The notes beneath the pieces were generated by a model. It did not search any database, was not told the DNA's origin, and saw only the letters and a program-made list of their open reading frames with translations. Shown in pieces: positions 9,820 through 18,675 of a stretch of 33,963 nt of DNA. A program made the translations under genes and the position numbers. The stretch comes from Campylobacterales bacterium. GTDB taxonomy: Bacteria; Campylobacterota_A; Desulfurellia; JAADFJ01. Each line of letters begins with the position of its first letter. Position 1 is the first letter of the stretch. Location of the stretch: NCBI GenBank assembly GCA_027080125.1, contig JALWSW010000235.1, positions 1-33,963 of the forward strand. The letters are read 5' to 3'.

Positions 9820-10739
9820 TAAAAGATAGTTTTGTTGCGGATAAGCTGCTCGAGCTTCCTTTTTTGTGGAATAGTGACAAACATACCGCATTTTTGGAAA
9901 AAAGACTAAAGGTTTCGGTTGTTTTCAGAGGCGGAGAGTTGGTTATTAAAGGTGAGGAGAAAAAAGTTAAAGATGCCCTGGAATATTTTAATCGACTGGA
10001 AACGGTTGTAGCCTCAGGTTATAGCGTCAAGGACTCCGGTTTTGAGCAGTTTTTCGAACTTCTGTGTTCAAACGGCAGTATTAAGCCTATAACGATAAAA
10101 AATCGCCATATTTTTCCCAAAACCGTAAACCAAAGCGAATATCTCAACAAGATAAGAAACAGCAGCATAGTTATGGGGATAGGTCCCTCAGGAACCGGCA
10201 AAACCTATCTGACCGTAGCAATGGCGGTTGAATCGCTTCTTTCTGGTGCAGTGCAAAGAATCATCCTTGCAAGACCTGCAGTTGAAGCCGGCGAGAGTCT
10301 CGGGTATCTTCCGGGTGATCTGTCTGAAAAAATCAATCCTTATCTAAGACCGTTATATGATGCGCTTTATGATATGATAGGACCTGAGAAGGTTGAGCGA
10401 TACATTGAAAACGGCAAGATTGAAATTGCGCCTCTTGCTTATATGCGAGGCAGGACACTTAACAGATCGTTTGCAATTCTTGATGAGGCGCAGAACAGCT
10501 CGGTTACTCAGATGAAGATGTTTCTTACACGTTTGGGTTTTGGCTCGAAAATGGTTATCACAGGAGATATAACACAGGTGGATCTTCCCGAACCGAAAAA
10601 ATCCGGTCTTTTAATCAGCGCTAAAATATTGGAAGGAATTGACAAAAATATAAAAATTGTCCGCTTCAATAGCGCCGATATCGTGAGGAATCCTCTTGTA
10701 TCAAAAATTATAGATGCTTACGAAAAGCAAAAAGATTAA
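9810..10739 (+). CDS. phoH: PhoH-family ATPase (YbeZ-like)
   Basis: GPSGTGKT, RPAVEAGESLGYLPGD, APLAYMRGRT, DEAQN and GDITQVDLP. Confidence 0.95.
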   Translation: MGIIKDSFVADKLLELPFLWNSDKHTAFLEKRLKVSVVFRGGELVIKGEEKKVKDALEYFNRLETVVASGYSVKDSGFEQFFELLCSNGSIKPITIKNRHIFPKTVNQSEYLNKIRNSSIVMGIGPSGTGKTYLTVAMAVESLLSGAVQRIILARPAVEAGESLGYLPGDLSEKINPYLRPLYDALYDMIGPEKVERYIENGKIEIAPLAYMRGRTLNRSFAILDEAQNSSVTQMKMFLTRLGFGSKMVITGDITQVDLPEPKKSGLLISAKILEGIDKNIKIVRFNSADIVRNPLVSKIIDAYEKQKD

Positions 10740-11175
10740 TATTGTAAACAGTTTGGATAGCTGGTTTGTTCCTAAAAAAAAGATTGTCGATATTATGAGG
10801 TTTGTAGCAGATCTCCTCAAGATAGACGGTGAGTTAGATCTGCTTTTAACCGATGACAAAACCATCAGGAAATATAATAAAAGATATCGTTCTATTGACA
10901 GAGCTACCGATGTTTTGTCTTTTTCCGTATCGGATAACGGGTTTGTTTTGCCTGAGGAAAAGGTTTTCGGAAACATAATAATTTCGTGGGAGCAGCTCAA
11001 ACTTGATACGAGAGAGTTTGAGGTCGATATTGACGAGATGATGGCAAGGCTGATAATACATTCGGTTTTACATCTGTCAGGTTATGATCATATTGAAGAA
11101 AAGCAGCGTAAAGAGATGCAGAAAGAGGAGACAAGGCTGCTTAATCTTTACAAAGAACGTTTAACTTTAGTTTAA
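10714..11175 (+). CDS. ybeY: rRNA maturation factor YbeY
   Basis: YRSIDRATDVLSF, GNIIIS and HSVLHLSGYDH zinc motif; follows phoH. Confidence 0.94.
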   Translation: MLTKSKKINIVNSLDSWFVPKKKIVDIMRFVADLLKIDGELDLLLTDDKTIRKYNKRYRSIDRATDVLSFSVSDNGFVLPEEKVFGNIIISWEQLKLDTREFEVDIDEMMARLIIHSVLHLSGYDHIEEKQRKEMQKEETRLLNLYKERLTLV

Positions 11176-11775
11176 TTCCTCTTTTAGTCTTATCGGTGTT
11201 CGTTTTTCCGGATATTTTTCTTCTATATTTTTATAGAATGCTCTAATCTTATCCATATCATTTCTGATATTGCCAGTTGGAATAAGCCAATATCCTATTC
11301 CCACCTCTTTTTTCTTATAATCAATATATCCGCACAGAATCGGTATCTTTGCGCCGTTGGCAATCCAGTAGAATCCCGACTTCCAGTACGGTGCTTTTCC
11401 TCTTGTTCCTGAAGGGGGTATGATAATTGCGAGTTTTTCAGATGTTTCGAACTGTTTTATCACCTGTTTTGTAAGTCCGCTGTGCTTGGATCTGTCAATC
11501 GGTATTCCTCCGAGAAATTTCATTATTGAGCCAAACGGTTTTTTAAAAAGCGAATCTTTGCCCATCCAGGAAACCTTCAAGCGAAGGATATGAACTGCCG
11601 CAAGCATAAACGGAAAATCCCAGTTGCTTGTATGTGTTCCGATTATTACAAATTTTCCCTCTTTTGGAAATTCACCTTTGACATTCCAGCCGGTCACAAG
11701 CATCCAAATTCGCCCTATCCAGTATCCCAGAAGTCCTGTTGTGGGTCCGTTATGAATAACTTTAGATCCAATCAT
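11167..11775 (-). CDS. Lysophospholipid/1-acyl-glycerol-3-phosphate acyltransferase (PlsC family)
   Basis: HTSNWD (HxxxxD), GGIPIDR, PSGTR and WKSGFY acyltransferase blocks. Confidence 0.9.
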   Translation of the reverse strand: MIGSKVIHNGPTTGLLGYWIGRIWMLVTGWNVKGEFPKEGKFVIIGTHTSNWDFPFMLAAVHILRLKVSWMGKDSLFKKPFGSIMKFLGGIPIDRSKHSGLTKQVIKQFETSEKLAIIIPPSGTRGKAPYWKSGFYWIANGAKIPILCGYIDYKKKEVGIGYWLIPTGNIRNDMDKIRAFYKNIEEKYPEKRTPIRLKEELN

Positions 11776-11853
11776 CCCGTAAAAAATTTTTTGTATTTAT
11801 AAGTTGGATAATCAGGCTTAACTCCTTCTTTTTTTACCGAAAAACTCTGCTTA

Positions 11854-11930
11854 TGGGGTGGGTAGCGGGACTTGAACCCGCGACCCTTGGAGCCACAATC
11901 CAATGCTCTACCAACTGAGCTATACCCACC
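11854..11930 (-). tRNA. tRNA-His (GTG)
   Basis: Reverse complement GGTGGGTATAGCTCAGTTGGTAGAGCATTGGATTGTGGCTCCAAGGGTCGCGGGTTCAAGTCCCGCTACCCACCCCA: cloverleaf, GTG anticodon, encoded G-1 and CCA. Confidence 0.97.
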
Positions 11931-11943
11931 ATTTTGGTAAATT

Positions 11944-12019
11944 TGGTGAGCCGTGTAGGGATCGAACCTACGACCCGCAGATTAAGAGTCTGCTGCTCTA
12001 CCAGCTGAGCTAACGGCCC
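11944..12019 (-). tRNA. tRNA-Lys (CTT)
   Basis: Reverse complement GGGCCGTTAGCTCAGCTGGTAGAGCAGCAGACTCTTAATCTGCGGGTCGTAGGTTCGATCCCTACACGGCTCACCA; anticodon arm GCAGA-CTCTTAA-TCTGC; CCA encoded. Confidence 0.97.
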
Positions 12020-12099
12020 AATCATAGTACATTGCAAGCTGTCAAAGTTTTTCCCGCAAGGGTTTATCCTTGTTATTATTTTATCAGTTTGCCTGCTCT

Positions 12100-12126
12100 A
12101 TTATAATAGAAATATCAGGGAGTCAA
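12100..12126 (-). promoter_or_regulatory. Candidate promoter for the tRNA pair
   Basis: Minus strand TTGACT, 15 bp, TATAAT, about 80 bp upstream of tRNA-Lys. The spacer is short. Confidence 0.45.
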
Positions 12127-12153
12127 GTGGATTTCATAAATCTATCTGAGCAC

Positions 12154-12870
12154 TCACTCGGTTTTGCGGATTTCTGGAATTCCTATAACCGCATACATTC
12201 TTCCTGAATCTTTTCTTTTACGCCATGAGTAAAAAAGCTGAGCTTCGCATCCGGTGCACCATTTCTCTATGCAGATGTTGCCCTCTGGCACACCGGTATT
12301 AATCAGCATTTCTTTGTTTATGTATGCCAGATCTATAAACGGTTTTCCATTTTTTATTTTTGACGGTTGGTTGTAGCTGTTGAACCGTTTTGCTATTTTT
12401 TCCGAGACCTCATAGCAGCAATCTCTGATTGAAGGACCTATATAAACCATCAGTTTTTTCGGGTCCGCTGCAAACTCATCGATTAGTTTTTTCGCACAAA
12501 GATGTGCTATCTGTTTGCTGGTGCCGCGCCAGCCGGAATGAACCGCTGCAACGACACGATTGTTTTTGTCAAACATAAGAATTGGCACACAATCGGCGGT
12601 TCTTATTGATAAAAGCAGACCGGGAGTGTTTGTTATTAGACCGTCTGCTTCGTAGATTCTTTTTGTTTCCTTGGTAACTACAGCTATGTTTTTGCTGTGA
12701 ATCTGCTTTGGTTGATAGCAAAATGAAAACCTGTTTGAAAGCTCATGTAGGTTTGAAGCCATGAGAATAGGGGATGAATGTGATAATCCGAGAGGTATTT
12801 CGTAGTTAAACTGTCTGGTGGTAAAGAATATAACAGCCTTTTTCGTTCTCTTTATTATTGCTGCATCCAT
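12154..12870 (-). CDS. pgeF: Peptidoglycan editing factor PgeF (YfiH laccase-like domain)
   Basis: QIHS, ADGLIT, TADCVPI, VHSGWRG, IGPSI..CCYEV and FYSWR. Confidence 0.93.
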   Translation of the reverse strand: MDAAIIKRTKKAVIFFTTRQFNYEIPLGLSHSSPILMASNLHELSNRFSFCYQPKQIHSKNIAVVTKETKRIYEADGLITNTPGLLLSIRTADCVPILMFDKNNRVVAAVHSGWRGTSKQIAHLCAKKLIDEFAADPKKLMVYIGPSIRDCCYEVSEKIAKRFNSYNQPSKIKNGKPFIDLAYINKEMLINTGVPEGNICIEKWCTGCEAQLFYSWRKRKDSGRMYAVIGIPEIRKTE

Positions 12871-14201
12871 TGACTTATGCGTGTTTTATAAAGTAAAAAG
12901 AGTGCGGCGCAACCTGTTAGATTGGATATGGGAATCGCCATCCAGACTCCATTTGCCCCATATGACATTGTTACCGATAGGATGTAGGCAAGCGGAATCA
13001 TAAAAAAAAACAGGTTGACAAGATTTACAATGCTTGGAGTAAGTGTATCGCCGGTTCCCATAAAGATTCTTGAAAAAATTACCGTGGCTCCGGCTGCCGG
13101 ATAACTGATTGCCTGAAGCCTCATAAAGAATGACCCTGATGTTATGATTTCGGCATCATTTGAAAATATTCCGATGATATATGGAGCAAAAATCAGATAT
13201 ATGAAGGATGCGGTTGCCACAAAGGCGGTTTCATATTTAAGAGCCACAACGACCGATTTTTTGAGCAGATCAAACCGTTTTGCCCCAAAACTTTGACCTG
13301 TCAGAACAAAAGCGGCGTTGCCAAGTCCAAAAGTTGGAAACAGGATTACCTGAAAGCTTCTTATTACAATTCCGAAGGCTGCAAGCGGTTTTGATCCGAA
13401 AATTGAGACTATTTTTACGGCTGCAAGCATGCTCGAGATTCTCCAGATAAGATGCATCGCCGCAGGTATTGCACCTTTTATTATTTTAGTAGTAAATTGA
13501 CCGACCGATTTTTTGTATTGCAGGATTGATAGCTTTATAAACCTTTTTCTGATAAAATAAATTTGAAGTGAAACGCCAAACATTCTTGCAATTACGGTGC
13601 TTATAGCTGCGCCTTTTACTCCCATTGGTGTAATTATTCCTAATCCGAGTATAAGCACAGGATCAAGTATCAGGTTGACAATATTTGATAAAATAATAAT
13701 TTTGAGCGCCTTTGATGGCTCTCCTATACTCCTTAACGCAGAATTGATAATCGGAAGAACGAAAAAAAGCGGCATTCCGTAGAAATTTATTTTAAGATAG
13801 ATATGAGCCATGCTGTAACTTTTTTCTTTTAAACCAAGCATATAAGGCAAAAATTGAGCCAATTGATTTGAGAATGCAACAGTTATAAGTGCGATGATAA
13901 GAGCTAAAAGAAGAGCATCGTAAAGGATATATGAGATTTTTGAATTGTCGCCTTTTCCCTTTTCTATTGCAATAAGACTGCCTGAGGACGCTGATATTCC
14001 GAATCCTATTGCCATAAAAAGCATCAGCAGTATTGCCGAACTTGTTACCGCGGCAATTGCGGCGTATCCAACCTTTGATACGAAAAATGTATCGACAAGG
14101 TTGAACAGATTCTGAAAAAGCATTTCGGTAACCATCGGATAGGATAGTTTCCGAAACTTCTTTTCCAGATCAACTGCTTTTAAACTGTTAATTTGCAGCA
14201 A
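12855..14201 (-). CDS. MATE family efflux transporter
   Basis: Highly hydrophobic 448 aa protein with NLVDTFFV, NLILDPVLI, MGVKGAAIST, GQSFGA and GANGVW; start uncertain (TTG). Confidence 0.92.
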   Translation of the reverse strand: MLQINSLKAVDLEKKFRKLSYPMVTEMLFQNLFNLVDTFFVSKVGYAAIAAVTSSAILLMLFMAIGFGISASSGSLIAIEKGKGDNSKISYILYDALLLALIIALITVAFSNQLAQFLPYMLGLKEKSYSMAHIYLKINFYGMPLFFVLPIINSALRSIGEPSKALKIIILSNIVNLILDPVLILGLGIITPMGVKGAAISTVIARMFGVSLQIYFIRKRFIKLSILQYKKSVGQFTTKIIKGAIPAAMHLIWRISSMLAAVKIVSIFGSKPLAAFGIVIRSFQVILFPTFGLGNAAFVLTGQSFGAKRFDLLKKSVVVALKYETAFVATASFIYLIFAPYIIGIFSNDAEIITSGSFFMRLQAISYPAAGATVIFSRIFMGTGDTLTPSIVNLVNLFFFMIPLAYILSVTMSYGANGVWMAIPISNLTGCAALFLLYKTRISQWMQQ

Positions 14202-14230
14202 CTGATAATCCGGTTATGAGAAGAATAGCT

Positions 14231-15574
14231 TTACATATTCTCTAATCTTGCACTCTCTATTCTTTTTTTGATATGGCTTTTTATCCATCTCCTGTCCCAT
14301 AAATAGATAGGATTTGCAGGGATTCCCGATACATAGATGCCAAAATGCAGATGATCACCTCCTGCCATCCCGGTTTGGCCTGTAATTCCGATTATCTCTC
14401 CCTGTTTTACATGCATACCTTTTTTTACATTGATTTTAGAAAGATGGGCGTATAGTGAAAATAACCCGAAACCGTGGTCAATTATTATGACATTTCCATA
14501 CAGATAAAGCCTTCCGGTAAACCTGATGATTCCTGATGCTGCGGCAGGTACATCAGAATGTGTTGTGGAGGCAAGGTCATAGCCCAGATGAAACTCTTTG
14601 TCGATAAGCTGATTTCCCATAAAATAACTTCTTAAATCGTTAAATTGTGATGTAACGACCGAATGGGGCAATTGAAGAAAACGCTTATGCCATAGCAGAT
14701 TGCCTTCAGATATCCGACAAAGCCTTCTAATCTCGGTATTATCTTTCTGACGTAGGATTCTATTCACATACAAAAACAGTTCTTTTTTGCTATCAAACGA
14801 TTTTCCCGCAGTTTGCATTGCTTTTTCTATGGTCAGCGGAGTAATTTTGATGGTAGTTTTTCTGAATCTTCTCTGTTTCCAATAAACCGGTAAATGCACA
14901 GTCGTTTTATTTCCCGCCAGATCGATTGCCGATATTGTGGCATTGCCAAGCGAAGCTTTGCTGTAAATAGGCCATGTGATAAATGTTGCGAAAGAATGAC
15001 CTTTGCCTATCAGCGCGTCTGCGTTGTAACCCGGAAATTTGTATCCGTCAACAGTTACCCAAGTTTTTTTCAGGAATTTATCTTTAACGCTCCAGATTGC
15101 TAATCCGATTCCACCTTTTTCAATTCTTATAGGCAGTCCGAATATATCAATCGTTGGTGATGTTTTGTCTATTATTATCTCCTTGCGTACCGTCTTGCTT
15201 GCCCCCTGAAGAAAATGCCTTATGCTTTTGTCGCTTGCAAAGACGGTGATTACGGCATTTCCGTCTGTAATATCAGAAGGAATTTTGAAATTCACAAGTT
15301 TTCTGTTGAAATTCTCCGCAAACGTTTTTTCAAACAATGTTTGCGAAACAAGAGCGTTTGATATTGTGATTTTTATCTGCTTTATGGCTGCCTTTTTGTC
15401 TTTTATTAATATCTGATAACCGTTTTTTCCTATAAATTTGTCTTTAGGAAGAGATATTTTTATCGGATGATAACCGATTCCCGAAAAATAATAGATTCCA
15501 AACAGAAAAAGAACAAACAATACAATTATTGATATGATTTTAGCTTTTCTTTTTTTTCTAACCGTGTAATACAT
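14231..15574 (-). CDS. Membrane-anchored M23 family metallopeptidase
   Basis: N-terminal TM helix; C-terminal HLGYD (HxxxD), YGNVIIIDHG, LYAHLS and GDHLHF (HxH). Confidence 0.92.
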   Translation of the reverse strand: MYYTVRKKRKAKIISIIVLFVLFLFGIYYFSGIGYHPIKISLPKDKFIGKNGYQILIKDKKAAIKQIKITISNALVSQTLFEKTFAENFNRKLVNFKIPSDITDGNAVITVFASDKSIRHFLQGASKTVRKEIIIDKTSPTIDIFGLPIRIEKGGIGLAIWSVKDKFLKKTWVTVDGYKFPGYNADALIGKGHSFATFITWPIYSKASLGNATISAIDLAGNKTTVHLPVYWKQRRFRKTTIKITPLTIEKAMQTAGKSFDSKKELFLYVNRILRQKDNTEIRRLCRISEGNLLWHKRFLQLPHSVVTSQFNDLRSYFMGNQLIDKEFHLGYDLASTTHSDVPAAASGIIRFTGRLYLYGNVIIIDHGFGLFSLYAHLSKINVKKGMHVKQGEIIGITGQTGMAGGDHLHFGIYVSGIPANPIYLWDRRWIKSHIKKRIESARLENM

Positions 15575-16091
15575 CGTTTTTTATCCTTTTTATTCTTTTT
15601 ATCGATTTTCTTATCCAGTTTCTTGAAACAGAGGATATTATTTGATCGTTAATAGTTTTCAGAATCGGGGAGGTGCTAACCAATTGAGTTGAAAAGTTCT
15701 TAGACGGACCGAAATTTTTGAGCAGAAATACCGTAAATGCCACCAGAATAACAATTTTGGCGAGTGAAAAGAGACCCCCCAGTATCTTGTCAATTATGTT
15801 TGTTGCACCGTTTGAGACGATAATATGCATAAGGAAACCTACAAGAATGGCTATGATATAAAAAAGAAGAAATGTCAACAAAAATGCAATAACCGATAGC
15901 ACAGAGGGGGGAAGTATAAGTTTGCCCAGCAGACTGTTTGCTATAAACGGGTAGTAGATTCTTGCCAGCTCTATCGATGCTATTACGCCAATCAGGCTTG
16001 ATAGCTCTCTGATAATACCACGGCGCGCTCCTCGTATTGCAAAGAGCAAAAACAGCCCTATAAGCAGTATGTCAATAATTCCAAATTTCAT
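15558..16091 (-). CDS. cvpA: CvpA family membrane protein
   Basis: IDILL...RGARRGIIRELSSL and IDKILGGLFSLAK patterns with multiple TM segments. Confidence 0.88.
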   Translation of the reverse strand: MKFGIIDILLIGLFLLFAIRGARRGIIRELSSLIGVIASIELARIYYPFIANSLLGKLILPPSVLSVIAFLLTFLLFYIIAILVGFLMHIIVSNGATNIIDKILGGLFSLAKIVILVAFTVFLLKNFGPSKNFSTQLVSTSPILKTINDQIISSVSRNWIRKSIKRIKRIKNDVLHG

Positions 16092-17676
16092 CGGTTCTTA
16101 CTGTCGTTGTTTTGTAATTGTTGTATATGACCATTCCAAGTTTCGCTCCTTTTGGCTTTTTTATAAACTTTTTTAAAGTATAGTCAACATCTACCTTCCT
16201 GTTTTTGGAAGATTTGCTGTTTATGGCAGCCAGATATGCCGCATATTTCAGTTCTTTTTCGGAGTATTTCCCCTTTATCAGGATGTGAGAACCAGGCACC
16301 TCTTTCGCATGAAACCATAAATCGTTTTTTCCGGCTATGCCGAAGGTTATTTTTTCATTTCCTTTTGCATTTTTCCCGATATATATGATTACCTCATCGC
16401 TAAGCTTTTTTTTGATTATATTGCCCTCAGAAGAGCTCTTTTTTCTTTTTTGAGTCCATTTCTTTTTTATCAGTCCGATTTCAGAGAGTTCCTCTTCTAT
16501 TGAAGAAAGCTCATCTTCACCGGCAGAGCGTATCAGGTCGTATTCTATCTGTTTCAAGGTTTTTAGATCGTTTTCGATTTTTCCGATTATCTCTTTTTTG
16601 ATGGCGATTGTTCTTTTTAATTTTTTGGATTTCTTGAACAGATACGACATATTTTCTAATATTGTCAACTTTGGAGAAATCTCTATTTCTTTGCTATAGG
16701 GATTATCCGGCAATATAGAGCCACGCCTATTTTTATCTAATCTCCATAGATTGGACTTGATAAAAACGGCATATTCTTCATACTTTTTCCAGTCTTTGGT
16801 TTTTTCCAGTTCTTTATAGGTATTTGAAAGTTTTTTGTTAAGCTTTTCGAGCTCTTTTGCGATGATTTTATTCAGATATTCCTTTTTCTGCGCAACGATT
16901 TTATTATCTTCTTTTGAACGCAAATATTCAAACAGCGACATAAAATCATCAAAAATTCTGCTCTTTTGCTTGATATTTATTCTAAAAGGGAAAAGTATTT
17001 CCTTGTTTTTGTAATATACGATTCTCGGCTGGAAATTTTTATTTAAAAACTGTTTTTTGAGCTCTATAAATGTTGATGTTCCGTTTTCAAGAATCAGCGA
17101 AGCTGTTTTTTTTTCTATGCCGCAGTAATATTTCATAATTTTATCTACACCAATATTTTCCGGAAGATTACTTACCTGCCAGATTGGCAGTTTATACTGT
17201 TTTATAGGTTGCGGCCAGTTTTTTCCCGCTCTTATCGCTCTTGCAGAATTTACTCTTTGAGGGGTTATCTTCAAAGCATACAAAACCTTGTTTTCCTCAT
17301 CTGCTATTATGATATTCGGATTTCTCCCCAGAAACTCAAATATCATCTTATATCGAAATATTTTGGCTCCCACGGTTTTTTTTATCTGAATTATTAAAAC
17401 CCTGTCAGGAAGAGCAGTTGTAATGTTTAGAATGGCAGAACCCGCAAGATTTTTTTTGGCATATTGATAGAACCCGTCCTTTTCGGTAATTTTCGGAATA
17501 TACTTTTGTATAAAAATTGTTTGAGGATTTAGACAGAATATTACGGTTCTGAGCTTGCGAGCCTTTTTAAATATCAGGTTCAGACGATTTTGGGAAAAGT
17601 TAATTCCTATTATTTGAGATTTTATTAGCCATCCGCGTAAAACATTGGCTAAAACCTCTAATATCAGTGCATTCAT
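16072..17676 (-). CDS. rqcH: RqcH/FbpA (NFACT) ribosome quality control protein
   Basis: LPDRV (DR motif), EFLGRNPNII, central coiled coil and NFACT-R motifs IGKNAKGNE, DLWFHAKEVPGSH, KPKGAKLGMVIY. Confidence 0.88.
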   Translation of the reverse strand: MNALILEVLANVLRGWLIKSQIIGINFSQNRLNLIFKKARKLRTVIFCLNPQTIFIQKYIPKITEKDGFYQYAKKNLAGSAILNITTALPDRVLIIQIKKTVGAKIFRYKMIFEFLGRNPNIIIADEENKVLYALKITPQRVNSARAIRAGKNWPQPIKQYKLPIWQVSNLPENIGVDKIMKYYCGIEKKTASLILENGTSTFIELKKQFLNKNFQPRIVYYKNKEILFPFRINIKQKSRIFDDFMSLFEYLRSKEDNKIVAQKKEYLNKIIAKELEKLNKKLSNTYKELEKTKDWKKYEEYAVFIKSNLWRLDKNRRGSILPDNPYSKEIEISPKLTILENMSYLFKKSKKLKRTIAIKKEIIGKIENDLKTLKQIEYDLIRSAGEDELSSIEEELSEIGLIKKKWTQKRKKSSSEGNIIKKKLSDEVIIYIGKNAKGNEKITFGIAGKNDLWFHAKEVPGSHILIKGKYSEKELKYAAYLAAINSKSSKNRKVDVDYTLKKFIKKPKGAKLGMVIYNNYKTTTVRTDEIWNY

Positions 17677-17736
17677 CGATACTTTTTATGATACCTTTTC
17701 TACCTTGATAAATAGATATTTAACTATAGATCTGAT

Positions 17737-17770
17737 AAAAAATAGGATCACCTGATACCGGTGATCCTAT
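17737..17770 (-). terminator. Intrinsic terminator of rpsU
   Basis: Perfect 11-bp stem ATAGGATCACC / GGTGATCCTAT with a 7-nt loop, followed by Ts on the minus strand. Confidence 0.85.
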
Positions 17771-17803
17771 CTGTGACCATCTTAAAATCTTTTTTAAATT
17801 CTT

Positions 17804-18013
17804 TTACCTTCTATACATTCTTTCTGCTAACCGCTTCCGTTTGCGCGCTTTCTTTTTTGCTGCCATGAGCTCTCTTTTCCTTCTTTCGCTCGGTTTCTCA
17901 TAATGATCCCGCTTTTTAATCTCAGAAAGAATAGCCGCTCTTTCGCACTGTCTTTGAAAGCGTTTGTAGGCTTCTTCAAACGATTCACCGTTTCTGACTA
18001 CAACGCCCGGCAT
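17804..18013 (-). CDS. rpsU: 30S ribosomal protein bS21
   Basis: [19 protein letters not shown]...[12 protein letters not shown] with a basic tail. Confidence 0.96.
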   Translation of the reverse strand: MPGVVVRNGESFEEAYKRFQRQCERAAILSEIKKRDHYEKPSERRKRELMAAKKKARKRKRLAERMYRR

Positions 18014-18050
18014 TACACATCACCCCACTTAATTATTTTAGTATCGTATC

Positions 18051-18079
18051 ATCCTATCACCCGCATAAAGAGATGTCAA
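18051..18079 (-). promoter_or_regulatory. Sigma70-type promoter of rpsU
   Basis: Minus strand TTGACA, 17 bp, TAGGAT, with TG at the extended -10 position. Confidence 0.7.
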
Positions 18080-18099
18080 GTAGTCTAAACTTGTCCGAA

Positions 18100-18663
18100 T
18101 CAGGTTTTCTTTTTTGTTATGCTTTCATAGATTCCGATAAGTTTTTCACTTGGTTGTTTTAAGTCGTCTCTAAAGTAATAGATTATAAAAGAGGCTATTA
18201 GCGAGACAATAAATGAGCCTGCAATATCAAAAGGAAAATGTACACCAATATAAACTCTTGATATTCCTCCTATCAGAGCAAGCGCGATAAGCAAAACGGC
18301 TGGTTTTCTTGTTTTTTTAAAATAGCTCAAAAGGAATGCAATCGAAAGCATCAGGGTTGTATGATCTGAGGGAAAAGAAGCGTCAGGGGAATGAGGGATA
18401 AGAAGTTTGCCCATACCAATCATATACGGTCTTGGATGAAAATAGAATGTTGCTATAAGAAAGTTTATAGCAAGTCCGGTTACAAAAGAATATCCTGCGT
18501 ATAGCGCTATCAGCTTATCCTTATAGAACCAGAGATACAGAAGATACAGCGCAAATATTATCGGCATATATTCGGCAAATATAATGATAATCTTGTCAAA
18601 AAAATGATTGCTGCCTGCCAAACTATTTATCAGGCGGAAAAGGTAGTAGTTTATTTGCTCCAT
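18100..18663 (-). CDS. PAP2 family undecaprenyl-diphosphate phosphatase (BcrC/YbjG-like)
   Basis: HPRP, SFPSDH and SRVYIGVHFPFD PAP2 motifs; hydrophobic. Confidence 0.9.
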   Translation of the reverse strand: MEQINYYLFRLINSLAGSNHFFDKIIIIFAEYMPIIFALYLLYLWFYKDKLIALYAGYSFVTGLAINFLIATFYFHPRPYMIGMGKLLIPHSPDASFPSDHTTLMLSIAFLLSYFKKTRKPAVLLIALALIGGISRVYIGVHFPFDIAGSFIVSLIASFIIYYFRDDLKQPSEKLIGIYESITKKKT

Positions 18664-18675
18664 AACAGTAAACGA

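Noticed and set aside
11776..11860. Integrated element at tRNA-His
   Set aside because: No integrase, no duplicated tRNA 3' end and no larger accessory cargo seen.
11834..12037. 67-aa minus-strand ORF
   Set aside because: It is a translation through tRNA-Lys and tRNA-His.
12021..12045. TTGACA...TATGAT just upstream of tRNA-Lys as a promoter
   Set aside because: The spacer is only 13 bp and the -10 abuts the mature tRNA 5' end.
13002..13010. A9 homopolymer in the MATE gene (similar T9 at 17106-17114 in rqcH) as phase-variation tracts
   Set aside because: Both are in frame and expected in AT-rich Phe/Lys codons.
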